Origin: Candidatus Thorarchaeota archaeon
GTDB lineage: Archaea; Asgardarchaeota; Thorarchaeia; Thorarchaeales; Thorarchaeaceae
Assembly: GCA_048882485.1 (NCBI GenBank)
Contig: JBHLRP010000019.1
Location: forward strand, 1 to 52,216
Reading direction: 5' to 3'
DNA length: 52,216 bases
The notes under the pieces were generated by a model. The model made no database searches, had not been told where the DNA came from, and was given only the letters and a program-made list of their open reading frames with translations. A program made the translations under genes and the position numbers. This document shows positions 1 to 12,900 of the stretch, one piece after another; position 1 is the first letter of the stretch, and each line of letters begins with the position of its first letter.

Positions 1-175
1 CCAATAATAATACATTAAACTTTATACTATTATATCATATTAATCCTTCGCTTATCTCTATATGTGCCAAAATGGGATATTCTGACTAGCCGAACTCAAG
101 CTGGAGAAGCGCCATATATTGAAATGAATAGGTGATTATTCATCCAAGATTAAGATTGGATGAATCGTAGAGTGA

Positions 176-799
176 GTGAAGGTCTTGATACACTTTAAGG
201 TAACATTGGCAGATGGAACATCGAGGAAGATACCAGTGTTGCCGGACAGTTTATGCTTGGACTTCTCAAATGAGTCAATTATGGCAATCGACCTTGGCCC
301 CTTGGACAATATGGCCGATCTGGAGGAATTAAATCTAAGCAACAATAGCCTGATGACTCTGGATTTGGTGGCGTTAGCATTCTGCAAATCTCTGCACAGC
401 CTTAAACTGAATTCAAACCATCTACGAGTGATTGGCATTGATTCGCTGAAGTATTGTGATTTGAAGCATCTGGATCTTAGCAACAATGCACTGTTTAGAT
501 TAGACTTGGAACCACTGGCCGAATGTCAAAACCTAACAACTCTGCATCTACAGGATAACCAAATGAAGGCATTGGATCTAACACCCCTTTCCAAGTGTCC
601 AAGACTTGAAGAGCTGAACCTACTTGGAAATGACATCATGCGACTTGACCTAAGCGCTCTGTTTTCATGTGCGTCTCTGCACAAGCTTTCTGTTCCAGAA
701 GAAACGAAATTGGTGTCCTGGAGAGAACCAGATATTGAGATTCTCAATCCTCCAGCGCTCAACGCCCTGACTGAGATGGGAAGAATCGAGTATCTCTAG
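176..799 (+). CDS. Leucine-rich repeat protein (about 6 LRRs of ~22 aa)
   Basis: Repeating LxxLxLxxNxLxxLDLxPLxxC pattern (LEELNLSNNSLMTLDL; LTTLHLQDNQMKALDLTPLSKCPRLEELNLLGNDIMRLDL). GTG start at 176 (TTG at 185 possible). No signal peptide. Confidence 0.9.
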   Translation: MKVLIHFKVTLADGTSRKIPVLPDSLCLDFSNESIMAIDLGPLDNMADLEELNLSNNSLMTLDLVALAFCKSLHSLKLNSNHLRVIGIDSLKYCDLKHLDLSNNALFRLDLEPLAECQNLTTLHLQDNQMKALDLTPLSKCPRLEELNLLGNDIMRLDLSALFSCASLHKLSVPEETKLVSWREPDIEILNPPALNALTEMGRIEYL

Positions 800-820
800 A
801 TTGCACAGCCCAAAATGCAG

Positions 821-890
821 ATATTCATATTTAATATATTATATTCGTATATATTAAATAAGTTGAATGTACAAGAATATCTTATCTTAA
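821..890 (+). promoter_or_regulatory. AT-rich promoter region of the giant-protein operon, with a 12-bp perfect inverted repeat
   Basis: TATTTAATATAT (828-839) and ATATATTAAATA (849-860) are reverse complements with a 9-nt spacer. Both contain TATA-like boxes, ~90-120 nt upstream of ATG 948. Confidence 0.55.
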
Positions 891-947
891 GTTGTTGGTT
901 CAATTCTGTTGGTCCCGTATTTGCATTGCCTAGTGGGAGTTGTAAAC

Positions 948-3900
948 ATGCGAAAGCCTGCTGCAGCGTTAATGCTGTTCATTATCTTCCTCCTCCCTTC
1001 TGTGGGGAGCCCCGATTTCAATGGGGCGATTCCTTTTCTAGACGACGTCAGGAATCATGAAAACGAGTATAATGATGCGGGCTGGCAGGATGCTTCATCA
1101 GGGACCGGAGCACCAAGACCAGTTGACTTCCAAGGCATGGCAGTTTCAAGCGGGACCTCTGTTATTGATGCAGACCACCCATGGATTGTTGGTATCGATC
1201 CGCCTTTGGGTTGGAGCTCTGAACAACTAGAAACACAGCTTGACCATCTCTCAATGTGGGTTGATGATGTGCTAGTCAATCCGAGCCTTGACGCCAATCA
1301 TGAAGAACATTGGATTCTTACTGATCGTCCCGACTACAATTACGATCCATTTTATGTGCCTGATGGGTGGACAATCATAAAGAAGGATGCACCTCCTAGT
1401 GGAACCGGACACCCTCAACACGGCTATTTCGAACTCAACGGCAGGTCCGGAGAAGGATATGATGCTTCCATAGGTTGGAGGTTTGATGCAAACTGGAATA
1501 CTGGCGCCATCTTGGATCCAACCAAGGGAATCTACATCAGTCAACAGATCCCTGCGCCTTGGAGAGAAGTCTACTCTGCTGAAATCACTTTCCGGTATTA
1601 TATATCCAGCCTTTCCAATTTGGATGACACGGCTCATGTCTTTACTAGGTTGGAAGGCTATGTCACTAAACACCATGTATATGAAGTTGGCACTCCCACT
1701 GACACATGGTTACAAGCCAAAGCGACTGTCCCTGCTTCTTATTTGCAGTCACTAGAAACGAAGGATGCATTGCTCTTTGACATTGGTGTTGGGACAGACT
1801 TGAGTGGCAATCCTCCTGCCAGCGCGACCCATGAAATGTACATAGACGAGATTGAGTTTAGGCTTCTTGTCCGACCTTTCCCTGAGGAAATCAACCTCCT
1901 TGCAAATGGAGCCAGAGTGACGGGATCAATCCAAGGAAGTGTTTCACCCTATGTGCCCGATGGATCCAACAGAGATTGCTATAGTGCAATTGACTCCAAC
2001 GGAGGAACGGGAGGTGTGGATCTTAATGGCTACTCCGATTTCGGATGGCTAGATGTGGGTATAGACGGAATGGATTGGCCAAGTGCATTCGCTTATCAGG
2101 TGGGACTTCAGTTTCCCTTGAACGTTCCCCAAGGTGCAACCATTACATCTGCCATTCTGGAGATTGAAACGCCCAGTGGCGCAACTGGTGATCCAGCTGT
2201 GCGGGTCTATGCTGCGGCTGAAGATGATGTCACCGCTTTCACCACTGGATACCCTCTCCTCCCGGATAGATATGATTGGGTGAACACCAGCGTATTCTGG
2301 AACCCAACAATAGCGGCTCCAGGAAGGTATAACACACCTGATCTATCTGCACTAATTCAAGAAGTCGTCAGTAGACCGGGCTGGACAAGTGGAAACTACA
2401 TCTGTATAATGATTGATTATGCATTCTCCAGTGGGCTGACCAATTACATTCAAATCAAAGGATCTACTGGATTTCCTCAAGGGCAGCTTGCCCAGTTGAA
2501 TGTTGACTTCACATCTCCTGACCCCAAAGATGCCATTCCGAGCTTCAGATACAACAAGAACATAGTCCTCGACCATAGAAAAGTCATCGCAAACTTGCAG
2601 AACTTTCCAGTATTGGTAGATATTTGGGATGCCGATCTGCATCTAGATGTTCAACCTGATGGGGATGATATCGCGTTTCTATACGATGGCCAAGTAATCC
2701 CCCACGAAATTGATGTCTTCGACAAGCTAGGAAATGGGACCCATGCCCATCTCTCTGCCTGGGTGAATTTGCCTTATGTTTCATCTACTCAAGATACCAC
2801 AGTAGTGATGGTCTATGGAGATGGTGATATTGGAAGCCAAGAGAAAACTGTAGATGTTTGGGACTCAGACTATTCTGCAGTATGGCATCTCAGTGAGAAT
2901 CCAGCCCAACCTCAGTGGGACTCAACATATGCTGACTATTTGCCGCACCAACCACAAATTTTGGATGTGACTTCACACGAGAGTAGTGGTTCATCATATG
3001 GAAGTATGACCTCAAATGACCTCGTTGATGGATTCATTGGAGAAGCAATCGATCTTGAGGGGTCGAATGACTATCTAGATTTTGGTAATCCAACCGAACT
3101 ACAGATGAATGGTGCTTTTACGGTGGAGGCTTGGTTTTATGCTGATTATGTTGACAATGACTATTTAGTGGTAAAATCAGGCGAATCCAACTATCGAGGA
3201 TGGGATATCAGTTTTGATAACGATCCTAGCATCAGTCCTGCGGGATGGGTCATGTTTCGGTGGAGTCCGGATGGAGTTGCTATGGATCTTGTTGGATACG
3301 AACGCGTTGATACTGCTCAGTGGTATCATGCTGTAGGTGTGTTTAGTCCTTCGGAATATGCCAGATTCTATCTAAATGGAGAGCTTGTTGGAGAAGTAAC
3401 AAGTGGAATACCTTCGACAGCCAATGATCCTAACCGTCCCTTGAGAATAGGCCGGAGATCAGACAGCGCTGGCGCTACATCATATTTTGACGGCATTGTC
3501 GACGAGGTGCGTATATCGAGTATTGCCAGATCTGACGCATGGATTAGGACCCAATATAGCAATCAGAGAAACCCAGAACTATTCATGACTGTCAGTGAGG
3601 AAGGTGTCAATTTCCTGTACAAGAAAGACATAGTCGTCGACCATACAAAGGTTGCGTCGGACCTGACGAGTTTCCCTATGTTGGTTGATATCTTTGACAT
3701 AGACCTGCGAACAGATGTACAGGCTGATGGGGATGACATAATGTTCACATCGAATGGCAGAAGTCTTCCTCACGAGATAGAGCTTTTCGATCAGCAATAC
3801 AACTCTACACATGCTCACCTCGTTGCGTGGGTCAAAGCAGATCTATCATCAGTCACTGATACTATTGTGACAATGTACTATGGCAATCCCTCGATAGGAA

Positions 3901-6900
3901 GTCAGGAAAGCCTTGCTGAGGTATGGAGCAACAGATATACTGGTGTTTGGCATCTTGCGGAATCTAGTGGTAATGTTCAAGACTCAACTTCATATGGTCA
4001 AGAAGGAATTCCGTTAGGTGGAGTATCTTTGGGAGCTCTGGGCAAAATAGGCTATGCCAGCGATTTTGGCGGGATTGATGGCTACATAAATATGGGAGAC
4101 CCTGCAGATGGCCATCTTGATTTTGGCTTAAACAGTTTTACCATTTGTATATGGCTAAGGATTGATGCCAGCACAGGCACTTGGCAAGTTCCTCTCAACA
4201 AAGGACATCCCAGTGGTCTTGATAGTGGTTATAGATTTGAAACCAACACGCTTGGGCAAAGCATCTACTTCCAGATTAGTGATGGAATTAGTTACGAATC
4301 CACAAATAGTTACAGTGTTACATTCGGCGAATGGATGCACCTTGTTGGTCGTGTTGATCCAAGCACCAATGAAATGCGTTTGTTTAAAGATGGAGGCTAT
4401 AGTGGAACAGTAGATATTAGCGGCATTGGAAGTGTCTCCACTACAGACAACTTCACAATCTCACGCGGATTGTTTTCTCCCAATCCAGTTGATGGATTAA
4501 TCGATGAGATCCGTATATCAAGCACTGCACTTTCAGATTCCTGGATTATCACAGAGTACAACAATCAATACGACCCATCAAGCTTCTATTTAGTTGGAGC
4601 AGAGAAACTTGTTTTGCCTTTAGAGGGGCAATACAAGAAGGATATAGTCATTGATCATACCAAAGTCGATTCAGACCTGACTGGGTTCCCATTATTGGTA
4701 GACATCTATGACACAGACCTCAAATCTGATGCCCAAGCAGACGGTGATGACATCATCTTCAAGTCAGGCACAACATTCCTACCTCATGAGATAGAACAAT
4801 TCGATCAAGATTACAACTCCACTCATGCTCACTTAGTCGCTTGGGTCAAGACTGACCTCTCATCCACGGCTGACACGACGGTCACAATGTATTATGGCAA
4901 TCCTGAAGCGACAAATCAGGAGAATCCAAATGCTGTTTGGGATGATAATTATTGGGGAGTCTGGCATCTCGGAGATACCTCAGGTGCCGCAAAGGATTCT
5001 ACATCCGGAGGAGCTGATGGCACTCTAATGAATGGCCCTACTCAAGCAGCTGCTGGCCGAGTTGGTTATGGATATGACTTTGATGGTGTTGATGACTACC
5101 TAGCCTTACAGAATGCGAATACACAGTCCTCCGGTACATACTCATTCTGGGTCTACCCTCACAACTATCCTCCTGGACCCAATAGCGAGGTCAATTTCGT
5201 GGGAGCGAATGCGTACTACAATAGATTTTCCTATTATAATGGCAGGATTAGAATCGAAACAGCAACAGATGCCGAGTACTTTAATTTCGCTTCAAGCTCT
5301 ATTTCAAATGATACTTGGTACCATATGGTCTTTGTGAGATCAGGAGATTTCGGAGACCTGTACATAAATGGAGTCTGGATAGAACAGGTTGAGGTTGCAG
5401 GAGCAAATACTCTAACAGTCAATAGCATAGCTGGCACGGATGACCTAGACAGAATGGTTGATGGTATCATGGATGAAGTCCGGATTTCAGGAGCCCCCCA
5501 TTCTGCGGCTTGGGTAATTGCAGAATATAGAAATCAATATGATCCAGCTAGCTTTTACTCGGTTGGAGCTGAAACAATTCTCCAGCCTATTGAGTTCACA
5601 TACAAGAAGGACATCACCATTGACCATACGAAAGTCGGTGCAGATGTAATGGATTTCCCAGTGTTGATTGATATATATGACACAGATCTAAGGACGGATG
5701 TCCAAGTTGATGGTGATGACATCGTCTTTGCCAAAGATGGTTTTGTTCTTCCGCATGAAATTGAGCTATTTGAGCAATCATATAACACCACTCATGCCCA
5801 TTTAGTCGCCTGGGTCAAAACTGACCTATCAGCCTCGTTTGACACTGCTATTAGAATGTATTATGGAAACTTCACCGCCCATAATCAAGAGAACCCATCC
5901 GCACTATGGGGAAGCTCGAATGTTGGTACATGGCATTTAAGTGAGGTTGGAGATGGATCTCCAGATGAATACATAGACAGTTCGCAGTATAACAATCATG
6001 GTCAAGGGGGTATAGGTACTCCTGCTGATGTTCCAACAAGGATTGATGGAAAGATAGGCTATGGACAAGATTTCGATGGCTTGGGAGATGTAATATCCCT
6101 CGGGACCTCAGACACCCTGCAACCATCGAGTCTTACTTGGTCAGCTTGGGTGAGGAGGACTAGTTCATGGGCATCGAAAAGAATGGCTCTCTTCTACACA
6201 AAGGATACCTGGAATGGTCCGGGCTGGTACGTCCAAATTGATGACGTTTCTACTGGAGGACCCAGCATTCCCAGGGTTTTGCTAATGGTTGTAGACGGGA
6301 GCAATTTCTTTACATACAATGGAGTACCCCTTGACACACTCTATCCTCTTAACGAATGGGTACATCTAGCAGCATCGTTTGACTCAACAACAAATGCGAT
6401 GGCACTCTATGTGAATGGAGTTGCACAGCCTTTGCAGACATTCGGAACTCCTGATTCCATCACTTCGACAAGCGACACTAAATTCGTTCCGGGAAACTCA
6501 GGACTCTATGTGGGTTCCATGGATGAAGTTCGTGTAGCCAGCATAGTTCGCTCACCAGAATGGATTCTCACTGAATATAGAAACCAGAATGATTCAGCGA
6601 GCTTCTATACTGTGGGAGCAGAAATATTCACTCAACCAATTGAATTTGCATTCAAGAAGGAGATAGTTGTTGATCATACAAAGATTGCTGCAGACCTGAC
6701 AGACTTCCCAATGCTTGTTGACATCTTTGACAGTGATCTTAAGACGAAAGTACAAGCAGATGGTGATGACATCGTCTTCAAAATCAGCGAAACTCTGCTT
6801 CCTCATCAGATTGAGCTATTTGACCAGACCTATAATTCGACTCATGCACATCTAATCGCGTGGGTTAAAGCTGATCTATCATCCTCGTTCGATACGACGC

Positions 6901-9900
6901 TTACAATGCACTACGGAAATCAGCAAGCCCCAAATCAGGAGAATCCTGCCGCCGTATGGAGTAATAGCTACATGGGAGTCTGGCACCTAGCCGAAACAAA
7001 TGGGGATGCAATTGATTCCACCTCTTATGGTTCGAACGGAGCGCTTCAAGGGGGTGTGACTCAAGGAGCTCCTGGCTGGGTTGATGGAGCTTATGACTTT
7101 GATGGGTCTACTGGGCGACTCGCTGTTGGAAATCCAGCAGATGGACATTTGGATTTTGGAGTGACCCAAGATTACACTCTATCTTGCTGGATTTACCTAG
7201 ATACCATTAGTAATCCTGACTTCTTGATAGCCAAACGTGCAGGAACTGGTTCTACCCAAATTGGCTATGCTCTAGCTGCCGCAGGGGGCAACGAGATTGT
7301 ATTTGAGGTGGCAGATGGGGTAGATGAATTTATGATACGTACGACCACTGATGTGAGTATCCCAGCTTGGTATTATGTGACATTAGTCTGGGATGACGAC
7401 AGCACATCTGCTACCACGATATACATCAATGGCATGGATGATAAGTCAGGTACGCAAGGTACACTTTCTAGCATTGACAGCATAGAAACTACAACGGGAT
7501 TGTCATTTGGTGCGAGTATAACAGGCGGTAATCCAGCTGATGGAAGAATAGATGAGGTGCGAATCTCGTCGGTAGCTCGTCCATCGGAATGGATTGCAGC
7601 TGAATTTGCAAACCAATTTGACCCGTCTAGCTTCTTTTCAACTGGATCTGAGATAATTATTGAGCCCATTGAGTTCTCCTATAGAAAGGACATTGTGGTG
7701 AACCATACTCAGGTCGATGCGGACTTGACAGAATTCCCGATGTTGATCGACATCTATGACACCGACCTCAAGACAGATGTCCAAGCTGACGGAGATGACA
7801 TCATCTTCAAAATCAGTGATGCTTTAGTTCCACATGAGATAGAGCTCTTTGATCAAGCATACAATCTTACTCATGCCCATTTAGTCGCCTGGGTAAAGAC
7901 TGATTTGTCATCCATAGTCGATACAACGATTTCGATGTACTATGGAAGTCCCCAGGCAACAAACCAGGAGGACCCTGATGGTGTTTGGAATGATAACTAT
8001 CTGGGGGTGTGGCACTTGGGAGAAACAAGTGGAGGGAGTGGAGCATTCAAGGACTCAACTTCCAATAGCAATCATGGAACTGATGCAGGCGCCCCCACAT
8101 TAGGAATAAACGGACCAATAGGCAAGGCAATTCTATTCGATGGGGTAGATGACTCAATCAATTGTGGTAATGGGCCAAGTCTGAATATTGCTGGTGATGT
8201 TGTGACACTTGAAGCGTGGGCATACCTCAATGAGGACATAGGGCCTGGATGGGGCTCAGGGATTGTTGTTAAGTATGGCTCATACGAAATCTTTCAAGAT
8301 TGGGATGCAACTAGGAGAATCACATTTAGTGTGACAACAACCGGAACTGGGCAGACCTGGACTAGCCGGACCAATAATGACATCAACAGGTGGTATCATG
8401 TAGTAGGAGTCTACAATGGTACAACCACATTCATTTATGTGGATGGTACTGAGATAGCATCTATCCCTAATTCTGGCACTCTCGCTGCTTCTGCATCCCC
8501 TCTATACATAGGTCTCGAAGATCAATACTATGATGGCCGCATTGATGAAGTCCGTGTATCAAAAATTGACAGATCAGCCAAGTGGATTCTGGCGGAATTC
8601 AGAAACCAGAACGATCCCGCAAGCTTCTATACGGTGGGATATGAAATAACTCCCCAGCCTGAAGGTTTCGACTACAGAAAGAATATCACAATCGATAATA
8701 CAAAGGTCAGTTCAGATCTTGTTGGATTTCCATTACTAATCGATATTTATGACACAGATCTCAAGACTGAAACCCAAGCTGATGGCGACGATATTATCTT
8801 CAAGACAGGTGAGGTGGCATTATCACATGAGATAGAGCTCTTCGACCGAGATTACAACTCTACTCATGCCCATCTGGTTGCCTGGGTCAAGACTGATCTT
8901 TTGTCCACATCTGATACGATTGTTACTATGTACTACGGAAATCCTGAAGCAATAAATCAAGAGGATCCCGGTGGCGTCTGGGATACCAGCTATATGGGTG
9001 TGTGGCATCTTTCAGAACCAAGTGGCAATGCTCAAGATTCTACACTCTATCAAACACATGGAACACCCTCGGGACTGCTCACTCAAGGAGTATCGGGACA
9101 CATAGGCAATGCTTACTATTTCGACCGTGATGGGCTAGGCACTGTAAATATGGGAGATCCCGCAGACGGACATCTCGACTTCGGAAATACGGATGATTTC
9201 ACCATCGAATTCTGGGTGGATCTGGACTATTTCTACTACTATGAACCTTTCTTGGTAAGCAAGCGGAATGGCCTTGCTTCTTCAAGTCCAGGCTATGCTG
9301 CGTTTGTATCGGACGATAGCAATGGATACCCTGGTTACAGCATATCATCTGATGGACCTCAATTTGGCGTTGATGCAAGCTCTCCTGTACTCAACACGGG
9401 CTGGCGGCATGTTGTCTATGTGTTTGATCAGGATAGCGATACCATTTCCACAATCTATGTTGATGGGATAGATGACAAGATTTCTACTTGGGGAACTATA
9501 GGCAGTGTAGGTTCTCTTCAGAACAGCGCTAATTTCAGGCTGAATGGCGAAAGCAGTCCAACCACAGATGATATGTTCGATGGAATGTTGGATGAAGTCC
9601 GTATTTCCAATATTGCTCGTTCTTCAGATTGGATACTCACTGAGTTCAATAATCAGAATAATCCGTCTAGCTTCTATTCTATTGGAGCTGCTGAATTCTT
9701 GGGTGTGGCACCCGAGTATAATTACATGAAGAACATTACAATAGACCACACTAAGGTTATTTCCGACCTGACAGACTTTCCGTTACTCATAGACATCTTC
9801 GACACGGATCTCAGAACCGATGTTCAACCGGATGGAAACGATATCATCTTCAAAATTGGGACGACATCTCTACCACATGAAATTGAGCTCTTCGATCAGA

Positions 9901-12900
9901 CCTACAACTCGACACATGCACATCTTGTCGCTTGGGTGAAGATAGACCTATCCTCCTCAGTGGACACTACAATTACCATGTATTATGGAAATCCAAGCAT
10001 AAACAATCAGGAGAAACCATCTGATGTATGGAATAGCAATTACGTTGCAGTTTGGCACTTTAATCAGGACCCATCATCCACTAGCATCTTGGATAGCACA
10101 ATGAATGGGTACCATTTGACTGCACAAGGATTTGGCTCGGATCAGCGAGTCTATGACGGGAAGCTAGGAACATCGATATCCGTTGATGGGATAGATGATA
10201 GGTTTGGCGTCAACAGCATCGCAGGGCCAATTAATGACATGACATTTCAGACCTGGTTCATGCTTGATAATGCATTTCCTTCCGGAAGTGATATGCATCT
10301 ATTACGGGGCAATAGTCTCACGAATAATTATCCTATGATCAGATTCGCCTCCAGCTCTGGATTGATTGTTACACACATGGAAGTCACATCAGACGTTGAT
10401 GAAACCTGCACCGGAAGCAAGAGTTCCTGGGAAGCGGACACATGGTTTCAATTTGCATGGGTCAGATCTACGGCTGCTGTAAGATCATATCATTACGTAA
10501 ATGGTTCATTGGATGCAGAGGACAATAGTGCAGATAATGCAAATCCACACTTGGCGTGGGACCAACTAATGCTCTTGTCCGATTTTAGCGCTGGAAATAT
10601 GTGGGGACCCGGAGCAATATCAGAATTCAGAATACTCAACGTGGTCCTCCCTCCTGAATGGATTGCAGCAGAGTACGCAAACCAGAACGATCCTGCCAGT
10701 TTCTACTCCGTTGGATCAGAGGTACAAATTGTCATCCCAGAACAACCAAGTGAACCAAGCTTGCTGGACGCATCAGGATATAAATTCAGCGCTAGCTCCA
10801 GTGTCGGCGTCACAATTGGATTTAGAACATCGCTTGGAATTCACACATCGGGGCTTAGTTACACAGATGATTATCTTCCAGGCACATCGTTCTCAATAGT
10901 CAATGACAGCTTGGCAATCTGGACCGCAAATGTATTGGTGTCTCCTCCTCCTGAGATAGAATCTATTTCGTTTGAGTTATCTTATCCAGAAGGTGAATGG
11001 TACCCGTTCTCGGTCAAGAGCCCCTCAGGAATAGAGAAGACATTTGCAACTGACTGGACATGCTTCGACGGGAAGCTTGTCGTTGCTTCAACAGCGATTG
11101 ATGAATATGGTATGTGGCATATTCGTTTCCAAGACAGGAATCATGTTTTTGACACACAGATGGGTCTGTCCGGAGGGCCTTATTCTCCATCAGGCAATTT
11201 CTTGATAGGAGAAGAAATCCAGTTCCGGATATGGAGTTCTGGAACCATGAGCTCAGGCATATCACTTGATTTGACTGATCCATACGGCTCAACCTGGTAT
11301 TCAGGCTCTGCGACATTTCAAGGCCAAAAATTCGCTCTCCCCTACTCCCACAGGAAATATCTCACTATCAGCCATGAAAATGTCGCTACAGATCTTGTCA
11401 ACTTCCCGGTGCTTGTTGACATATATGACACTGATCTACGCACAGATGTTCGTGCAGATGGTAGAGACATTGCCTTCGCAATTGGAGAAGAAACACTTGC
11501 GCATGAGATTGAACTCTTCGATCAGACATTCAACTCGACACATGCACATCTCGCAGCATGGGTTAAGGTCCCATTGCTATCTGGTTCAAGTGATACCGCG
11601 ATTAGCATGTATTACGGCAATCCCATAGCGCCAATAGTCTACGATTCAGGACCGGTATGGGATTCTGGCTATCTAGGCGTCTGGCACCTTGCAGAGAGTG
11701 GAACTGGAGCACTTGATGAATATACAGACAGCAGTCAATACAAACATCATGGCCAGGGTGGAGAAGGTCAAGCCACGTATGTGCCAACCCAAGTTTCCGG
11801 CAAGATTGGCTTTGGCCAAGATTTCAATAATCTTGATGGAAACTATGACCTTATTGACTGCGGTGATAGCCCGCTTTGGAATATTGACGGGTATCAACTA
11901 ACTCTGGAGGCGTGGGTCCAACATGATATCACACCTAACACCCACATCTATGGAATAATGAATCACAAGGGGTGGTATAACGGATATAGCCTCTTCATCA
12001 ATGAGGGAGGAGTATCGACTCTCAAGCCCGTCTTCAACGTGCAAGGAGAGACCCACCAGTTAGTGGGAGCTAATGATGTTATGGGAGGATCTTGGCATCA
12101 CATCGTGGCCACGTACGACGGCAGCTTGATGAGAATCTATGTTGACGGAGTGCAGGATCCAAATGTTCTCCAGAAGACTGACGCAATACTACCCTCCACA
12201 GCTGAGCAAGGCTTCTGGATTGGTCATGGAGACCAGCCGAAGGATGTTGTCTGGAGTGCCGAATATGAGGGGCAAATCGACGAGGTTCGTATCTCAGATG
12301 TTGCACGTCCTGCTGGATGGATTGAAACACAATTTAAGAACCAAAATGATCCAAGCAGCTTCTTTTCAATTAGTATAGAGCAGTCTCCAGGATATTCAGA
12401 ATCCGCGGCAATCACACTTGATTCTTCAGCCCAAGCAGGAGTCTGGCAAGCCACAGCTCGGTATTACGATGATGGAGTCAATGTTGATCAAAGTGTGGGA
12501 ATATTCAGTAGGAACTTTATTGTAAAACGAGGAGCTTCAATGAGCCTAACGGCGCCTGGTGATGCAGTATCGGATGGTATCTCAGCCAAGCTCATCGGTG
12601 AAGGCTTGTATGTTGAATTCGATCTTTCCGATACACTAACCTCTCTACCAATCAGCGGTGCCACAATGACCATGAACTGGACTGTCAGTGGTGCTCCTAC
12701 TCAGATTCAACTCAATGATTATGGCGATGGTAGCTACGGAAGAGTCCTAAATACAACAGACTTGGGTACTGCTCAACGTTGGCGTATTGAACTTACGTCT
12801 TCTCACCAGTTCTATGGTGATGCATTCAATGTCTTCTTTCTGGATTTATCGCATCAGACATATCTCACATATGAACCGCCATCAGCTGCTCCATACGGTG

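Noticed and set aside
815-1060. 81-aa ORF spanning the promoter of gene A
   Set aside because: Runs through low-complexity AT-rich promoter DNA and overlaps gene A out of frame.
2544-12380. Diversity-generating retroelement or CRISPR-like explanation for the repeats
   Set aside because: No reverse transcriptase or cas genes. The units are ~1 kb, in frame and diverged at synonymous sites; no near-identical template/variable pair differing only at adenines was seen.
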